Origin: Dehalococcoidia bacterium
GTDB lineage: Bacteria; Chloroflexota; Dehalococcoidia; Lucifugimonadales; UBA3495
Direction of reading: 5' to 3'
Assembly (NCBI GenBank): GCA_965213725.1
Contig: OZ243924.1
Location: 1,072,716-1,136,715 of the forward strand
DNA: 64,000 nucleotides
In this document: piece by piece, positions 54,071 through 63,551 of the stretch
How positions within the stretch are numbered: position 1 is the first letter of the stretch
Layout: each line of letters starts with the position of its first letter
Made by a program: the position numbers and the translations under genes
The notes under the pieces: model-generated
Database searches by the model: none
Seen by the model: only the letters and a program-made list of their open reading frames with translations
Told to the model about the DNA's origin: nothing

Positions 54071-54703
54071 CTAGCGGTATGCCGCTAGGCTTTTTTCCGG
54101 GTCGTAGACCGGTCGCACCAGCTCGAAGGTGTCGGCGGTATGGCAGTACATACTGCCGGCCAGGCGGCCCGTCGGCTTCATCAGGTGGTGGTTGATGCGG
54201 TGGCCGTTGATTAGGTCATCGCGGACGTGCATCAGCAGGATGGTTCCGATGACCAGCCCGTGCCCGCCCGGGCCTTCGCCGAGGTTGACCACTTGGTTGA
54301 GGCGGCATTCCATGTTGACCGGGGACTCGGCCACCCGGGGCGGCTTGACTAGGTCGGAAGGGATGGAGGTGAGGCCGGCAATCTCGAACTCGTCCACCTC
54401 CTCGGGGAACTCGGCGGCGGTGCGGTTCATCGCTTCCGCGATGTCGTCCACCACGATGTTGACCACGAACTCCCCGGTCTCCTCCACGTTGCGCAGCGTG
54501 TCCTTGCTCTTGCTCCCCACGTGGCGGGAGGACGAAAACACCACTGTGGGCGGGTCGTAGGCCACGGCGTTGAAGAAGGAATAGGGGGCAAGGTTGTCCA
54601 CGCCGTCGGGCGACTGGGTGGAGACGAAAGCGATGGGGCGCGGCACCACCACGCCGGTCAGAACACGGTAAAAGTTCTCGAAGGTCTGTGGGTCGATTTT
54701 CAA
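54071..54703 (-). CDS. flavin reductase-like (FMN-binding split-barrel) protein
   Basis: TTG start after GAGGTGG. Contains FYRVLTGVVVPRPIAFVSTQSPDGVDNLAPYSFFNAV. Confidence 0.85.
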   Translation of the reverse strand: MKIDPQTFENFYRVLTGVVVPRPIAFVSTQSPDGVDNLAPYSFFNAVAYDPPTVVFSSSRHVGSKSKDTLRNVEETGEFVVNIVVDDIAEAMNRTAAEFPEEVDEFEIAGLTSIPSDLVKPPRVAESPVNMECRLNQVVNLGEGPGGHGLVIGTILLMHVRDDLINGHRINHHLMKPTGRLAGSMYCHTADTFELVRPVYDPEKSLAAYR

Positions 54704-54827
54704 GAGGCCACCTCAACTCGATTTTGCGCTATGGATTGCTCCACTGATTATAGCCGCAACACCGCAGCCGGGCCACACGAACAATTCTTGCCGAGAAGAG
54801 ACGGCGCGGCAGGCGTTGCGGAAAGGA

Positions 54828-55346
54828 TCACAATCTCGCGCCGCAGTCGGCGCAGAAGAGCGCGTCAGGCCACGGCTCCCAGCCGCACTTGGGGCAGGGG
54901 AGCGCTGCGGACGGTTCAGGGGTTCCCGCTGCCCCCGCTTCCGGCGGCCGGGCGCCCGCAGCAGGCGGCCGGATTCGTTGGCCGTCCGCCCCGGCCCGCA
55001 GCGGGTCGGGGCCGTAGCGGTTGGGGCCGGACGTTCCCGGCTGCGTCAGCAGCCGGGTCAACCGCACACCGGCAAAGGGCATGATTCCCAGCGCGGCCCA
55101 CGTGCCTGGCCGGTCCACGTCGTGCAGCCGCCGCACCGTTACCGACCACAAAGGCAGCAGCATCGCCGCGATGTATATGCCCCACAAAGGGAGCAGGGCG
55201 GGAAACCAGCCAACGCTGACCACAAATATGACAATCAGCCAGACAACGAAGAAGGCGTAGAACCACCAGTATTCCGGCCGGCTGGCCCGGCCCTTAAAGT
55301 TGGCGTAGTTGCGAAAGCCGGACAGGACTGCGTGTATAGGATTCAC
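54828..55346 (-). CDS. DUF805 membrane protein with C-terminal zinc ribbon, paralog 2
   Basis: GTG at 55346 after GGGAGGA. Contains FKGRASRPEYWWF...TVRRLHDVDRPG...NRYGPDP...CPKCG..FCADCG. Confidence 0.75.
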   Translation of the reverse strand: MNPIHAVLSGFRNYANFKGRASRPEYWWFYAFFVVWLIVIFVVSVGWFPALLPLWGIYIAAMLLPLWSVTVRRLHDVDRPGTWAALGIMPFAGVRLTRLLTQPGTSGPNRYGPDPLRAGADGQRIRPPAAGARPPEAGAAGTPEPSAALPCPKCGWEPWPDALFCADCGARL

Positions 55347-55408
55347 GCCCGGCGTCCTCCCTGCGGCCAATGGCCCCCTTCGTCTGCAACGGGTTGGCTG
55401 CGGGAATC

Positions 55409-56041
55409 TCAAACAGACGTGCCGCAGACAGTGCAGAACCGGGCTTCCGGCTGCAACTGCATCCCGCATTCGGTGCAGAACCGCCTGTCCCCGGGCTCCT
55501 GATCCGGCGGGGAGTCCGGCAGGCCGGTGTCGTAGGGGTCTTCGACGTAACTTCCCGCTGTTGGCGACGGATAGTAGGGCTGGCCGGGGTCTTGGTAGTA
55601 GCCATAGCCGCCCGCGTCCTGCTGGGATTGCAAGGGGTTGGGGCCGTAGCGGTTGGGGTGCGGGTCGCTAGGCTGTATCAGGAACACCAGCAGGACTAGG
55701 AATCCGCCTATGGATCCCAATGCTATGAGAGCTATTCCAATGACAATGAAGCCGGTGAAGCTCAGAATTGCCCCGGCCACTACACCCCCTAAGGCCAAAC
55801 CGATGGGCAACAGGACCCACCATCCTGTCCGGTTAGTGTCATGCAGTCGCCGCACTGTGACCGCCAGCGACGGCAGCAAGAGCGCCAAGGAGATGATAAA
55901 CCCTATGAACGGGATCCAAGAGGTGACGAGCCTCACAATGAAGGTAAACAGGAAGAACCACCAGAATTCCGGCCGGGAGGCCCGCCCGCTGAAGTCTAGG
56001 TACTTCTGGAAACACGTTTTGATTGAATCGGTAAAGCTCAC
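55409..56041 (-). CDS. DUF805 membrane protein with C-terminal zinc ribbon, paralog 1
   Basis: GTG start. Contains FSGRASRPEFWWF...TVRRLHDTNRTGWW...NRYGPNP...CTECG..FCTVCG. Confidence 0.8.
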   Translation of the reverse strand: MSFTDSIKTCFQKYLDFSGRASRPEFWWFFLFTFIVRLVTSWIPFIGFIISLALLLPSLAVTVRRLHDTNRTGWWVLLPIGLALGGVVAGAILSFTGFIVIGIALIALGSIGGFLVLLVFLIQPSDPHPNRYGPNPLQSQQDAGGYGYYQDPGQPYYPSPTAGSYVEDPYDTGLPDSPPDQEPGDRRFCTECGMQLQPEARFCTVCGTSV

Positions 56042-56179
56042 GTCCCTTGTCCCTCGCGGTAGAGTAGCCCTAATCGCTGCGGGCGGGCGGCTGCCGCCCG
56101 CCCTTTCTTTTGCTATTTTGACCTTGTGATATTATCACGTCAGAGCAACCTATTCAGCAATTGGCGCAGGGGGACGGTT

Positions 56180-57022
56180 ATGAAAGTTGGCGTTAGCACG
56201 GTGATCAACAGCAACTCGATGAACGTGGCGGAACTGGCGCAGCGGGCCGAGGAAGCGGGCTTCGACTCCTTCTGGCTGCCGGAGCATCCCGTCATTCCGG
56301 TTCACACCACGTCGCGGTACGGCGGCACGCCCGACGGCTCGATACCGCCTTTCATGGCCGACATGGGCGACCCGTTCATCGGCCTGGCCATGGCCTCGGC
56401 CACCACCACGCGCATCAAGCTGGGCACCGCTGTATGCTTGGTGCCGGAGCACAGCCCCTTGGTGCAGGCCAAGCAGATCGCGGCCCTGGACCACCACTCC
56501 GGGGGACGGTTCATCTTCGGCGTCGGCACGGGCTGGCTGCGGGAGGAATCGGAGATAATGGGCGGCGACTTCGAGCATCGCTGGACGCAGACCCGGGAGG
56601 CCCTCGAGGTGATGAAGGCTCTGTGGACGCAAGATGAGGCGGAGTACCATGGGTGCTACTTCGATTTTCCGGCCATCAAGGTGTTCCCCAAACCGGCCCA
56701 GAAGCCGCACCCGCCGGTGTTCCTAGGCGGCGCGGCCCGCAACGTCCTCCGCCGGGTGGTGGCTCACGGCGACGGCTGGATGCCCGTCCGGGCCACGCCG
56801 GAGGATGTGCGAGCCGCCCGCGCCACGCTGGACGAGCTGGCCGAGTCCGCCGGGCGCGACCCGAAGAGCATTGAGATCTGCGTATCCGGCGCCGCCGACA
56901 GGGACGAAATTCAGCGAATGGAAGAGGCCGGCGCCACCATGGCCACCGTGCGCCTGCCCAGCAGCGCCCCCGGCGAGGCCCTGCCCGCGCTGGAACGGCT
57001 GGCGGAGGAAACGCTGCGGTAG
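56180..57022 (+). CDS. LLM-class F420-dependent oxidoreductase-like protein
   Basis: ATG at 56180. Contains AEEAGFDSFWLPEHP...GGRFIFGVGTGW...FPKPAQKPHPPVFLGG...GDGWMP. Confidence 0.85.
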   Translation: MKVGVSTVINSNSMNVAELAQRAEEAGFDSFWLPEHPVIPVHTTSRYGGTPDGSIPPFMADMGDPFIGLAMASATTTRIKLGTAVCLVPEHSPLVQAKQIAALDHHSGGRFIFGVGTGWLREESEIMGGDFEHRWTQTREALEVMKALWTQDEAEYHGCYFDFPAIKVFPKPAQKPHPPVFLGGAARNVLRRVVAHGDGWMPVRATPEDVRAARATLDELAESAGRDPKSIEICVSGAADRDEIQRMEEAGATMATVRLPSSAPGEALPALERLAEETLR

Positions 57023-57063
57023 GGGGTAACGCGGGCGTTATAAATCCAGGGGGTACAATTCAC

Positions 57064-57405
57064 GTGTACACGGTTCTGGAGTTGGAAATCGAAGGCGGTT
57101 CCTGCCCGTACCGCGAGTTCCTCCAGTCGGTTCAACGGAGCGGCGACCTCAAAGCGATGGCGGTTATCGACAAGATTGTAGATAATCTCATACATGAGGG
57201 CCTCGCTCTGTTGAATACTAATATGATGGACAACATTGAGGACGACATCTACGAGTTGCGAGGCGGGAGATACCGGGTGTTTTGCTATTACGACCGCCGC
57301 TCCAACCTGTTTCTGTTGCTCCACGGATTTCGCAAGCGTACCCAAAGAACACCGGAGGGGCAGAAAGCGAGAGCCCGTTCGCTGGTCGCTCAATACCGAA
57401 ATTAA
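57064..57405 (+). CDS. higB: type II toxin, RelE/HigB (Gp49-like) family
   Basis: GTG start. Contains CPYREFLQS...IYELRGGRYRVFCYYDRRSNLFLLLHGFRKRTQRTP. AT-rich, about 42% GC in a counted line. Confidence 0.8.
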   Translation: MYTVLELEIEGGSCPYREFLQSVQRSGDLKAMAVIDKIVDNLIHEGLALLNTNMMDNIEDDIYELRGGRYRVFCYYDRRSNLFLLLHGFRKRTQRTPEGQKARARSLVAQYRN

Positions 57406-57421
57406 AGAGGTTGCCGGGAAT

Positions 57422-57796
57422 ATGCGGAACGCCATTGAAGGTATAACAGAAAGGATAAAAGATGACGAATACCGGATGGAGTTCGGCGAGGAGGCCGCCA
57501 AAATGGGCTTTGCCCTCGCGCTGACCTTCGCCCGCCAAGAGCGGAACCTGACCCAGCAGCAGTTGGCCGACCTGCTGGGCGTCAGCAAGGCATACGTCAT
57601 CCGGCTGGAAAGCGGCGAGGCCAACCCCTCCATCGCCAAGGCCGGGCGCATCTTCGCCGCGTTGTGGCTTACGCCCATAGACAAGCCCTTCCCCCTGCTC
57701 AGGGGCTACGGCCCCTACGAACCGCCCCGCAGCGCCGCGTCCGAACCTGCCACGCCGGAGCATCCCCGCCGGAAGGCGGCGCAGGCAGGGAACTGA
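57422..57796 (+). CDS. higA: XRE-family HTH antitoxin (HigA-like)
   Basis: ATG at 57422, 16 nt after the higB stop. Contains RQERNLTQQQLADLLGVSKAYVIRLESGEANPS. Confidence 0.8.
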   Translation: MRNAIEGITERIKDDEYRMEFGEEAAKMGFALALTFARQERNLTQQQLADLLGVSKAYVIRLESGEANPSIAKAGRIFAALWLTPIDKPFPLLRGYGPYEPPRSAASEPATPEHPRRKAAQAGN

Positions 57797-57839
57797 GGGC
57801 AGACATCGGTTACAATAGGACATAAACGCCAACGCAGAG

Positions 57840-58046
57840 ATGGGGAGCGTGCTGATTTCCGAAGTGCGGGAACACCAAAAACAGTCGGCCAACTCCGCCC
57901 CCCGCCGACCTCGAGGCCGGGCGCGACATCCCCTAGTCGCCTGGATCATTGCTTCCCTGCGGATAATGTGGTCGGCAGTGCGGCATCCCGGAAAAGCGGG
58001 GATGATCGATTACCGGACTGGGGATGTGTGGTTAATCGATGACTGA
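57840..58046 (+). CDS. small hypothetical protein (68 aa)
   Basis: An ORF only. Its stop overlaps the next ORF start (ATGACTGA). Confidence 0.25.
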   Translation: MGSVLISEVREHQKQSANSAPRRPRGRARHPLVAWIIASLRIMWSAVRHPGKAGMIDYRTGDVWLIDD

Positions 58047-58272
58047 GCAGGAACCAGCCAGTTGGAACCGGCCATTCATCTTTCTCGTGTCCTTCTGTAT
58101 GTTTATTGCTGTGCTGACCCTGCTCTTGGCCGTTGGGCTGTCGGTTTATGCCGACCGGGCCTTGGCGGATAGCGAGGGGATGACCGCCAGGGCGTCGGTG
58201 GAGCGTCTGTGGCAGGGTTTTTTCGCTGCTTTGGGCGCGCTGTTCGGGTTGTTGACCGGCAAGGGACTGTAG
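58039..58272 (+). CDS. small hypothetical membrane protein (77 aa)
   Basis: TM segment FIFLVSFCMFIAVLTLLLAVGLSVY and a hydrophobic C-terminus. Confidence 0.3.
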   Translation: MTEQEPASWNRPFIFLVSFCMFIAVLTLLLAVGLSVYADRALADSEGMTARASVERLWQGFFAALGALFGLLTGKGL

Positions 58273-58289
58273 ACTGTAAGGAGCCGCAG

Positions 58290-59090
58290 ATGCGCGTAGA
58301 CGTACACACCCACATCTGGCCCGACCGGATTGCGCCGGCGGTGCTGGAGAACATGGTGGGAACCTTTGGCTACCCGGCGGTGGGCATCAACACCGTGGAC
58401 GGCATCAAGGCGCACATGAAGGCGTCTGGGGTGGACAAAGCCGTAGTGCTGGGCGTGGTGGAACGGCTGGAGCACCTGCCGGGGGCCAACGACTGGCTCA
58501 TCAGCATCCAAGACGATACGCTGGTTCCCTTCGGGGCGATGCACCCCGACCTGGAGGACAAGGCGGTGGAAGTCAGGCGGATGCGCGACGCGGGCATCAA
58601 GGGTTTCAAGCTGCACCCGATGGTCAACGGCTACTACCCCGACGATCCGCGTATGTTCCCCTTCTACGAAGAAATGGGCAGCGATATGGTGGTGGAGATC
58701 CACTCGGGCCGTTGGGCGCATACCCAGCCGGGCGACACCATCTGGGCGGAACCGGCGCGGATAATGAACGTGGCGAGACAGTTCCCAAAACTGAAGCTCA
58801 TCGCTCTGCACCTAGGCGGGTTCTATATGCTGGACGAGGCGGAGCGGGAGTTAATCGGGCGCGACAACGTGCTGATAGACACCACTTGGCCCCCGGCGCT
58901 GAAGGAGCTGGGCAGCGGGACGCTGGCGGGCATCGTCAGCCGCCACGGGGCGGAGAAGGTATGCTTCGGCACCGACTTCCCGCTGGCCGACATGGCGGAG
59001 GACGCCAAGTTCATCGAGTCCCTGCCCCTGCCCGACGCCGCCAAGGAACGGATGCTGGGCGAGAACGCCCGCGAGCTGATTGGGCTGTAG
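58290..59090 (+). CDS. amidohydrolase-family (TIM-barrel metal hydrolase) protein
   Basis: TAAGGAG RBS. Starts MRVDVHTHIWP and contains GFKLHP. Confidence 0.8.
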   Translation: MRVDVHTHIWPDRIAPAVLENMVGTFGYPAVGINTVDGIKAHMKASGVDKAVVLGVVERLEHLPGANDWLISIQDDTLVPFGAMHPDLEDKAVEVRRMRDAGIKGFKLHPMVNGYYPDDPRMFPFYEEMGSDMVVEIHSGRWAHTQPGDTIWAEPARIMNVARQFPKLKLIALHLGGFYMLDEAERELIGRDNVLIDTTWPPALKELGSGTLAGIVSRHGAEKVCFGTDFPLADMAEDAKFIESLPLPDAAKERMLGENARELIGL

Positions 59091-59136
59091 TATGCGCTGT
59101 TAACGGCTGGCAAGCCGCGTAAACCTGCATATGAGG

Positions 59137-61644
59137 CTAATAGCCTCTTATCTGTTGGGATAACGAAGTCTCGAAATGCTGATATTGCTCTCTCGCTTGC
59201 TCTGCTAAGTTGCGATATCTGCCATATTCGAATTGCGCCATTTGAACGATATTCTGACGCTGTTCGATAGGCGGTATCGGTATTCGTATGTTCTCAACGA
59301 ATTTCCTGGTAATGCCACCTTGCGCCCCCCCTGATATTTCTCGGGCGATTTGTTGCTGCCCCAGCCACGATTTGAGGAAGAAAAAGAGATAAAACGTATT
59401 GAGTCGGATCCGCGCTTCTGTTTCTTCGAGAGGATAGTTTTCATCCCCAGGGAATGTCGCACTCACCGTGAGCTTGAATATGTGTTCATTTATCAAGCAA
59501 CGTTCGATTTGAAAATCCTCCGGTACAAGGCCAACTTTTCCGGTTGTCGCCCCGTCTTTTGCGATAAGAATATCCAGAGAATTAACTCTCCCTCTGTCGC
59601 TGTTGCTCTTGAAAAAGTCGTCATCAACGTAAGATAGGTTTTCCAAGCTGATAGATCCGTCTGCGGTGATATTTCCGACAAGCAGTATCGGAATATCCCC
59701 CACGCTATATTTTGCGCCGCCTTTTGGAGACCTGCCGCTCTGAATCGCCTGGCTGACCAGTTGATTCAATTTGGCGGTAGGGTACGGGATGTTGCCGAAT
59801 TCGCGTTCGATTATGGGGCCAAGCACATAATATTGCGGGTCCAGCCGTCCGCTGTCCTGCACGGATTTTATGGAAACTCGTGTAACGCCGTCATCCAGAG
59901 AACCCGTGCCGTTGACAAAATGTTTGAGCAGGCCGGGCAATTCGTTGGCGTCAGGACGTCCAGTGGCATCATATCCGATGTGATTAGTCAAGGCCATGAA
60001 TATCGGATAATCTTCAGAGCGACTATCGCTGAGTTCCCATTTTTTCGCAATCAATAGGCTGGTTTTCATACCTGATCCCGCTTTGCGGAAGGCATGGGAT
60101 GGCAGAGAAATGATCGAGGAAACCCTATAGTTCTCTAGAATGTAATTGCGCACGTGTCTGTCAGAGGGGTTGGAAAGAATACCATCAGGAACTACCATCC
60201 CTAGCATACCGCCAGGGCGCAGAAACAAAGTGCATCTTTCAATGAACAAAACTTCCGACTTGGCTGATTGTCTCTCACTTGCCAGTTGGTAGTCCACCAG
60301 TTGCGCTTGGCCCAGCTTGTCACTTTCGTTACTTCTTATGGTGTCTCCGAAAGGAGGATTTGTCAGAACATGGGTGAATCCTCTGTTGACAATACCAGGA
60401 TTGTTAAAAGTCGCATCAAGGCCGCTGCCAATTTCGATATTGGTATGGCCGTCTTCGTTGATGACCATATCCATCATGGCTACACGGGCGATTTTTTCGT
60501 TGATTTCGATACCGTACAAACTCCGTTTCGCAAAATTGTCCTTCAGGCGGAAAATGGTCCGGTCGTCTCCAGCGTAATCAGCATCGATCTGGCTGAAAAC
60601 CTGTTTCATTGAGTAGACCAAGAACCCGCCGCTACCGCAAGCCGGATCAAGAATTACAGCATCGTTAGAAGGGTCCATTATGGACACCATAAAGTCCACT
60701 ATTTCCCGTCGTGTGAAGTATTGTCCCAGCCGCCCTCGAAATACCTCGCCCAAAAACTGCTCAAAGGCCCTGCCTTTGGCATCAGGGTCAGTACGATCAA
60801 GGGACACATGTTGCAGCAGCCTGACAACCGTAGCGATTTTTCGCGGTTCTGAGCCAATGCCATCAGTAAACAGCCCTGGGTCTTCCTTACAAGCGCTCTC
60901 GTATTGCCCAAGCACGCGCTGGGCAACCATGAATTCCGTTTCCCGCTCGCCCCATTGAAACCCGTAAGGCTCTCCGTTTCGCGTTTGCCGCTCGTCATAC
61001 AGTTTGGCAAACATCAGTTTACTCATTTCGTCAAAAGCCTCGGTCGGGTCAAGCCGTCCGCCGGACCACAGCTCGTTATGGCATTGCTCGAAAATGTTGG
61101 ACAGGGATGAAATGCTGATTTCTCGCAGGTCATTCTCGCTTGCCCTGACAAATGTATATTCAGGGACATCGCCGTAATTCACCGGAACATCAGCAATAAT
61201 GTTCCGGCTGCGTTCCAGGCCACCAAACCCTTGAACTTGCCAGCTTATCTTTGTGATGGAATCATAATAGATAGCAAATTCGGACGCCAGCGCATTAGCG
61301 TATCCAAAGGCTTGTTCAGTCTTTTGAACTTGCTCTGCCTGGGTGATGGTCGGTGATGCCGTCTCGACTGTAATATAGGGAGATCGCAGGCGGTCATCTC
61401 GAAACACAACAACATCGGCCCAATTGTTAGGACTGCGATTCGGTATAGTCACTTCCAGGTCAATACGGCTTGGAGGGTATTGATAATCGAAAATAAGAGA
61501 CAACACTATTCCAGCCCTGACCTTTTCTTCCGGGTCACTCCAGCGGTATCGCTTTTCCCTCGCTAAACTATACGTGACTGAATCCGCCGTCTCGTCAACA
61601 GCGACAATTCCTAGCTCGTGGCCTCGTTCCAACAATTCCGGCAT
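59137..61644 (-). CDS. single-polypeptide restriction-modification-specificity enzyme (type IIB/IIG-like): HsdR-N-like domain, gamma-class N6-adenine methyltransferase and one HsdS-type TRD
   Basis: ILDPACGSGGFL (motif I) and LTNPPFG (motif IV). The N-terminal block IDLEV..ADVVVF..YITVETA is HSDR_N-like. The C-terminal GDIPILLVGNI...LDILIAKDGATTGKVG is TRD-like. The gene is visibly AT-rich, 38-53% GC in two counted lines. Confidence 0.85.
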   Translation of the reverse strand: MPELLERGHELGIVAVDETADSVTYSLAREKRYRWSDPEEKVRAGIVLSLIFDYQYPPSRIDLEVTIPNRSPNNWADVVVFRDDRLRSPYITVETASPTITQAEQVQKTEQAFGYANALASEFAIYYDSITKISWQVQGFGGLERSRNIIADVPVNYGDVPEYTFVRASENDLREISISSLSNIFEQCHNELWSGGRLDPTEAFDEMSKLMFAKLYDERQTRNGEPYGFQWGERETEFMVAQRVLGQYESACKEDPGLFTDGIGSEPRKIATVVRLLQHVSLDRTDPDAKGRAFEQFLGEVFRGRLGQYFTRREIVDFMVSIMDPSNDAVILDPACGSGGFLVYSMKQVFSQIDADYAGDDRTIFRLKDNFAKRSLYGIEINEKIARVAMMDMVINEDGHTNIEIGSGLDATFNNPGIVNRGFTHVLTNPPFGDTIRSNESDKLGQAQLVDYQLASERQSAKSEVLFIERCTLFLRPGGMLGMVVPDGILSNPSDRHVRNYILENYRVSSIISLPSHAFRKAGSGMKTSLLIAKKWELSDSRSEDYPIFMALTNHIGYDATGRPDANELPGLLKHFVNGTGSLDDGVTRVSIKSVQDSGRLDPQYYVLGPIIEREFGNIPYPTAKLNQLVSQAIQSGRSPKGGAKYSVGDIPILLVGNITADGSISLENLSYVDDDFFKSNSDRGRVNSLDILIAKDGATTGKVGLVPEDFQIERCLINEHIFKLTVSATFPGDENYPLEETEARIRLNTFYLFFFLKSWLGQQQIAREISGGAQGGITRKFVENIRIPIPPIEQRQNIVQMAQFEYGRYRNLAEQAREQYQHFETSLSQQIRGY

Positions 61645-61778
61645 AGGTATCAGACACCTTCCTTGCCAAGTACCTGCTCTTAATTTGCTAGGGCCTCTAT
61701 CTTGCGACAATGGTAGCCCATGACTCGCAGCAGCGCGAGGGGCAAATGTCAGCAATTCACAACCTAGCGTACCATTCT

Positions 61779-61820
61779 CTGCCGTCCGGCCGGGGGGCGC
61801 GCCACACGCGCCCCCGGCAG
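61779..61820 (-). terminator. long GC hairpin downstream of the GMC oxidoreductase gene
   Basis: ctgccg..ccggggggcgcg-ccaca-cgcgcccccgg..cggcag. No T-tract follows. It marks the boundary of the low-GC segment. Confidence 0.45.
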
Positions 61821-61828
61821 TCGGCTCT

Positions 61829-63379
61829 CTACCGCCCCTCTTTGATGAACTCCGCCACGCGCTCGCCTATGGTCATGGTGGTGACGTTGGTGTTGGCGCG
61901 GATGCAGTTGGGCATTATGGAGGCGTCCACCACGCGGATGTTCTCCAGGCCGTGAATCCGGCCGTACTGGTCTACCACGGCCATGGGGTCGCTGGCCGGG
62001 CCCATCTTGCAGGTGCAGGATATGTGCTGGCCGGTGGTGGCCTCGCGCATCATGTAGACGTCGAGGGCCTCGTCGGTAGCCAGATCTTCGTCGGTGGGCT
62101 CGATGCGTTCCTCGACGATATCGCTGAACGACTCGTGGGCGCCGAGGCGGGCGCACAGCCGGACCGCGTCGCGCAGGCGGCGGCGGTCTTCGGGGTCTTC
62201 CATGTAGTTGTAATCGAGGAAAGGCTGCTCCTCCGGGTCGGTGGACGTCAGCCTGAGCTGCCCGGCGCTGAGCTCCAGGTCGAGAACGCTGAGCATACGG
62301 ATGCCCACCGCGTCCATGCGCTCTCCGCCCCGGTCCACCCGCTCGGTAGCGTAGGATTGCATGAAGATCATCATGTCGTTGCGCAGGTCTGAGCCTTCGG
62401 CAGTCCAGCGCAGGGTCATCTGCACGCGGGGGGCGAAACCGTCCAGCGGATACTCCGGCTTGGTGCGGAAGGTGGTGTAGACCGTGGGATGGTCGCGCAG
62501 GTTCTGGCCCACGCCGGGCAGGTCGTGAACCACGGGGATGCCCACCTCGTCCAGGTGGGCCGCCGGGCCGACGCCCGACAGCAGCAGGATGTGGGGCGAA
62601 CCGATGGCCCCGGAGGAAAGGATGATCTGCTCGCCCTCGGCGGTGAAGCGCTGGCCGCCGCTTTCCACTTCCACGCCCACGGCCTTCTTGCCCTCGAAAA
62701 GCACGCGGCGGGTGACGCAGTTGGCGCGGATGGTCAGGTTGAGCCGGTGCCGGGCCGGGTCGAGGTAGCCTAGGGCGGTGCTCCAGCGTATTCCGTTGGG
62801 GTTGTTGAAGGGAACCGGGCCAACACCGCTGGCCTCCGGGTGGTTGTGGTCCGGGGTATCGGCAAACCCGGCGTCGCGGCAGGCCCGGTAGAAGGCGGCT
62901 TGGTCGGGCAGCAGTTCCTCGCGCTTGAAGCGGCGGGCGATGATGGGGCCGTCGGAGTTGTGGAAGTCATCGCCGGGGAAATCGGTGTCGGTCTCGATGC
63001 GCCGCAGGAAGGGCAGCAGCTTGATGAAGCTCCATTCGTCGTTGCCCATTTCGGCCCAAGAATCGTAGTCCTGCGGGACGCCGCGCAGAAAGACTTGGCC
63101 GTTGATGGCGCTGGAGCCGCCGGTCACTTTGCCCCGGGGCACCATCATCGGGGGCGCGGTGCCGGTGGGCTGGCCCCAGAACTGCCAGTTATGGTCGCTG
63201 GTCATAACGTCGGTGGCGGTGGCGTAGCCGAACTTAACCTCGTCGGGCAGCCGCTCGAAATCAGGGTAGTCATCGCCGGCCTCCAGCAACAGCACGGATA
63301 CCGAGGGATCTTCGCTAAGCCGCGAGGCCACGATGGAGCCGGCCGACCCGGCGCCCACCACGATGTAGTCATATTTCAT
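61829..63379 (-). CDS. GMC-family FAD oxidoreductase (paralog of 31130-32668)
   Basis: ATG at 63379 after AAGGAG. Contains YDYIVVGAGSAGSIVASRLSED...GGSSAINGQ...GAIGSPHILLLSGVGP...HISCTCKMG. Confidence 0.9.
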   Translation of the reverse strand: MKYDYIVVGAGSAGSIVASRLSEDPSVSVLLLEAGDDYPDFERLPDEVKFGYATATDVMTSDHNWQFWGQPTGTAPPMMVPRGKVTGGSSAINGQVFLRGVPQDYDSWAEMGNDEWSFIKLLPFLRRIETDTDFPGDDFHNSDGPIIARRFKREELLPDQAAFYRACRDAGFADTPDHNHPEASGVGPVPFNNPNGIRWSTALGYLDPARHRLNLTIRANCVTRRVLFEGKKAVGVEVESGGQRFTAEGEQIILSSGAIGSPHILLLSGVGPAAHLDEVGIPVVHDLPGVGQNLRDHPTVYTTFRTKPEYPLDGFAPRVQMTLRWTAEGSDLRNDMMIFMQSYATERVDRGGERMDAVGIRMLSVLDLELSAGQLRLTSTDPEEQPFLDYNYMEDPEDRRRLRDAVRLCARLGAHESFSDIVEERIEPTDEDLATDEALDVYMMREATTGQHISCTCKMGPASDPMAVVDQYGRIHGLENIRVVDASIMPNCIRANTNVTTMTIGERVAEFIKEGR

Positions 63380-63551
63380 CGCCGCTCTCCTTGCGCTTGC
63401 CTGTGTTTGTTCAGGGGCGATGATACGGCGGGGGTTGTAGGGCGTCAACCGGGGAAGGCGCCCGCTGCATCAGCATGAAGCGCCCGACCCTGCGCCGCCC
63501 GGGCGGACGGCCCTATGATATAGTTACGGCTCAGACGGCACCGGAGGCCCG

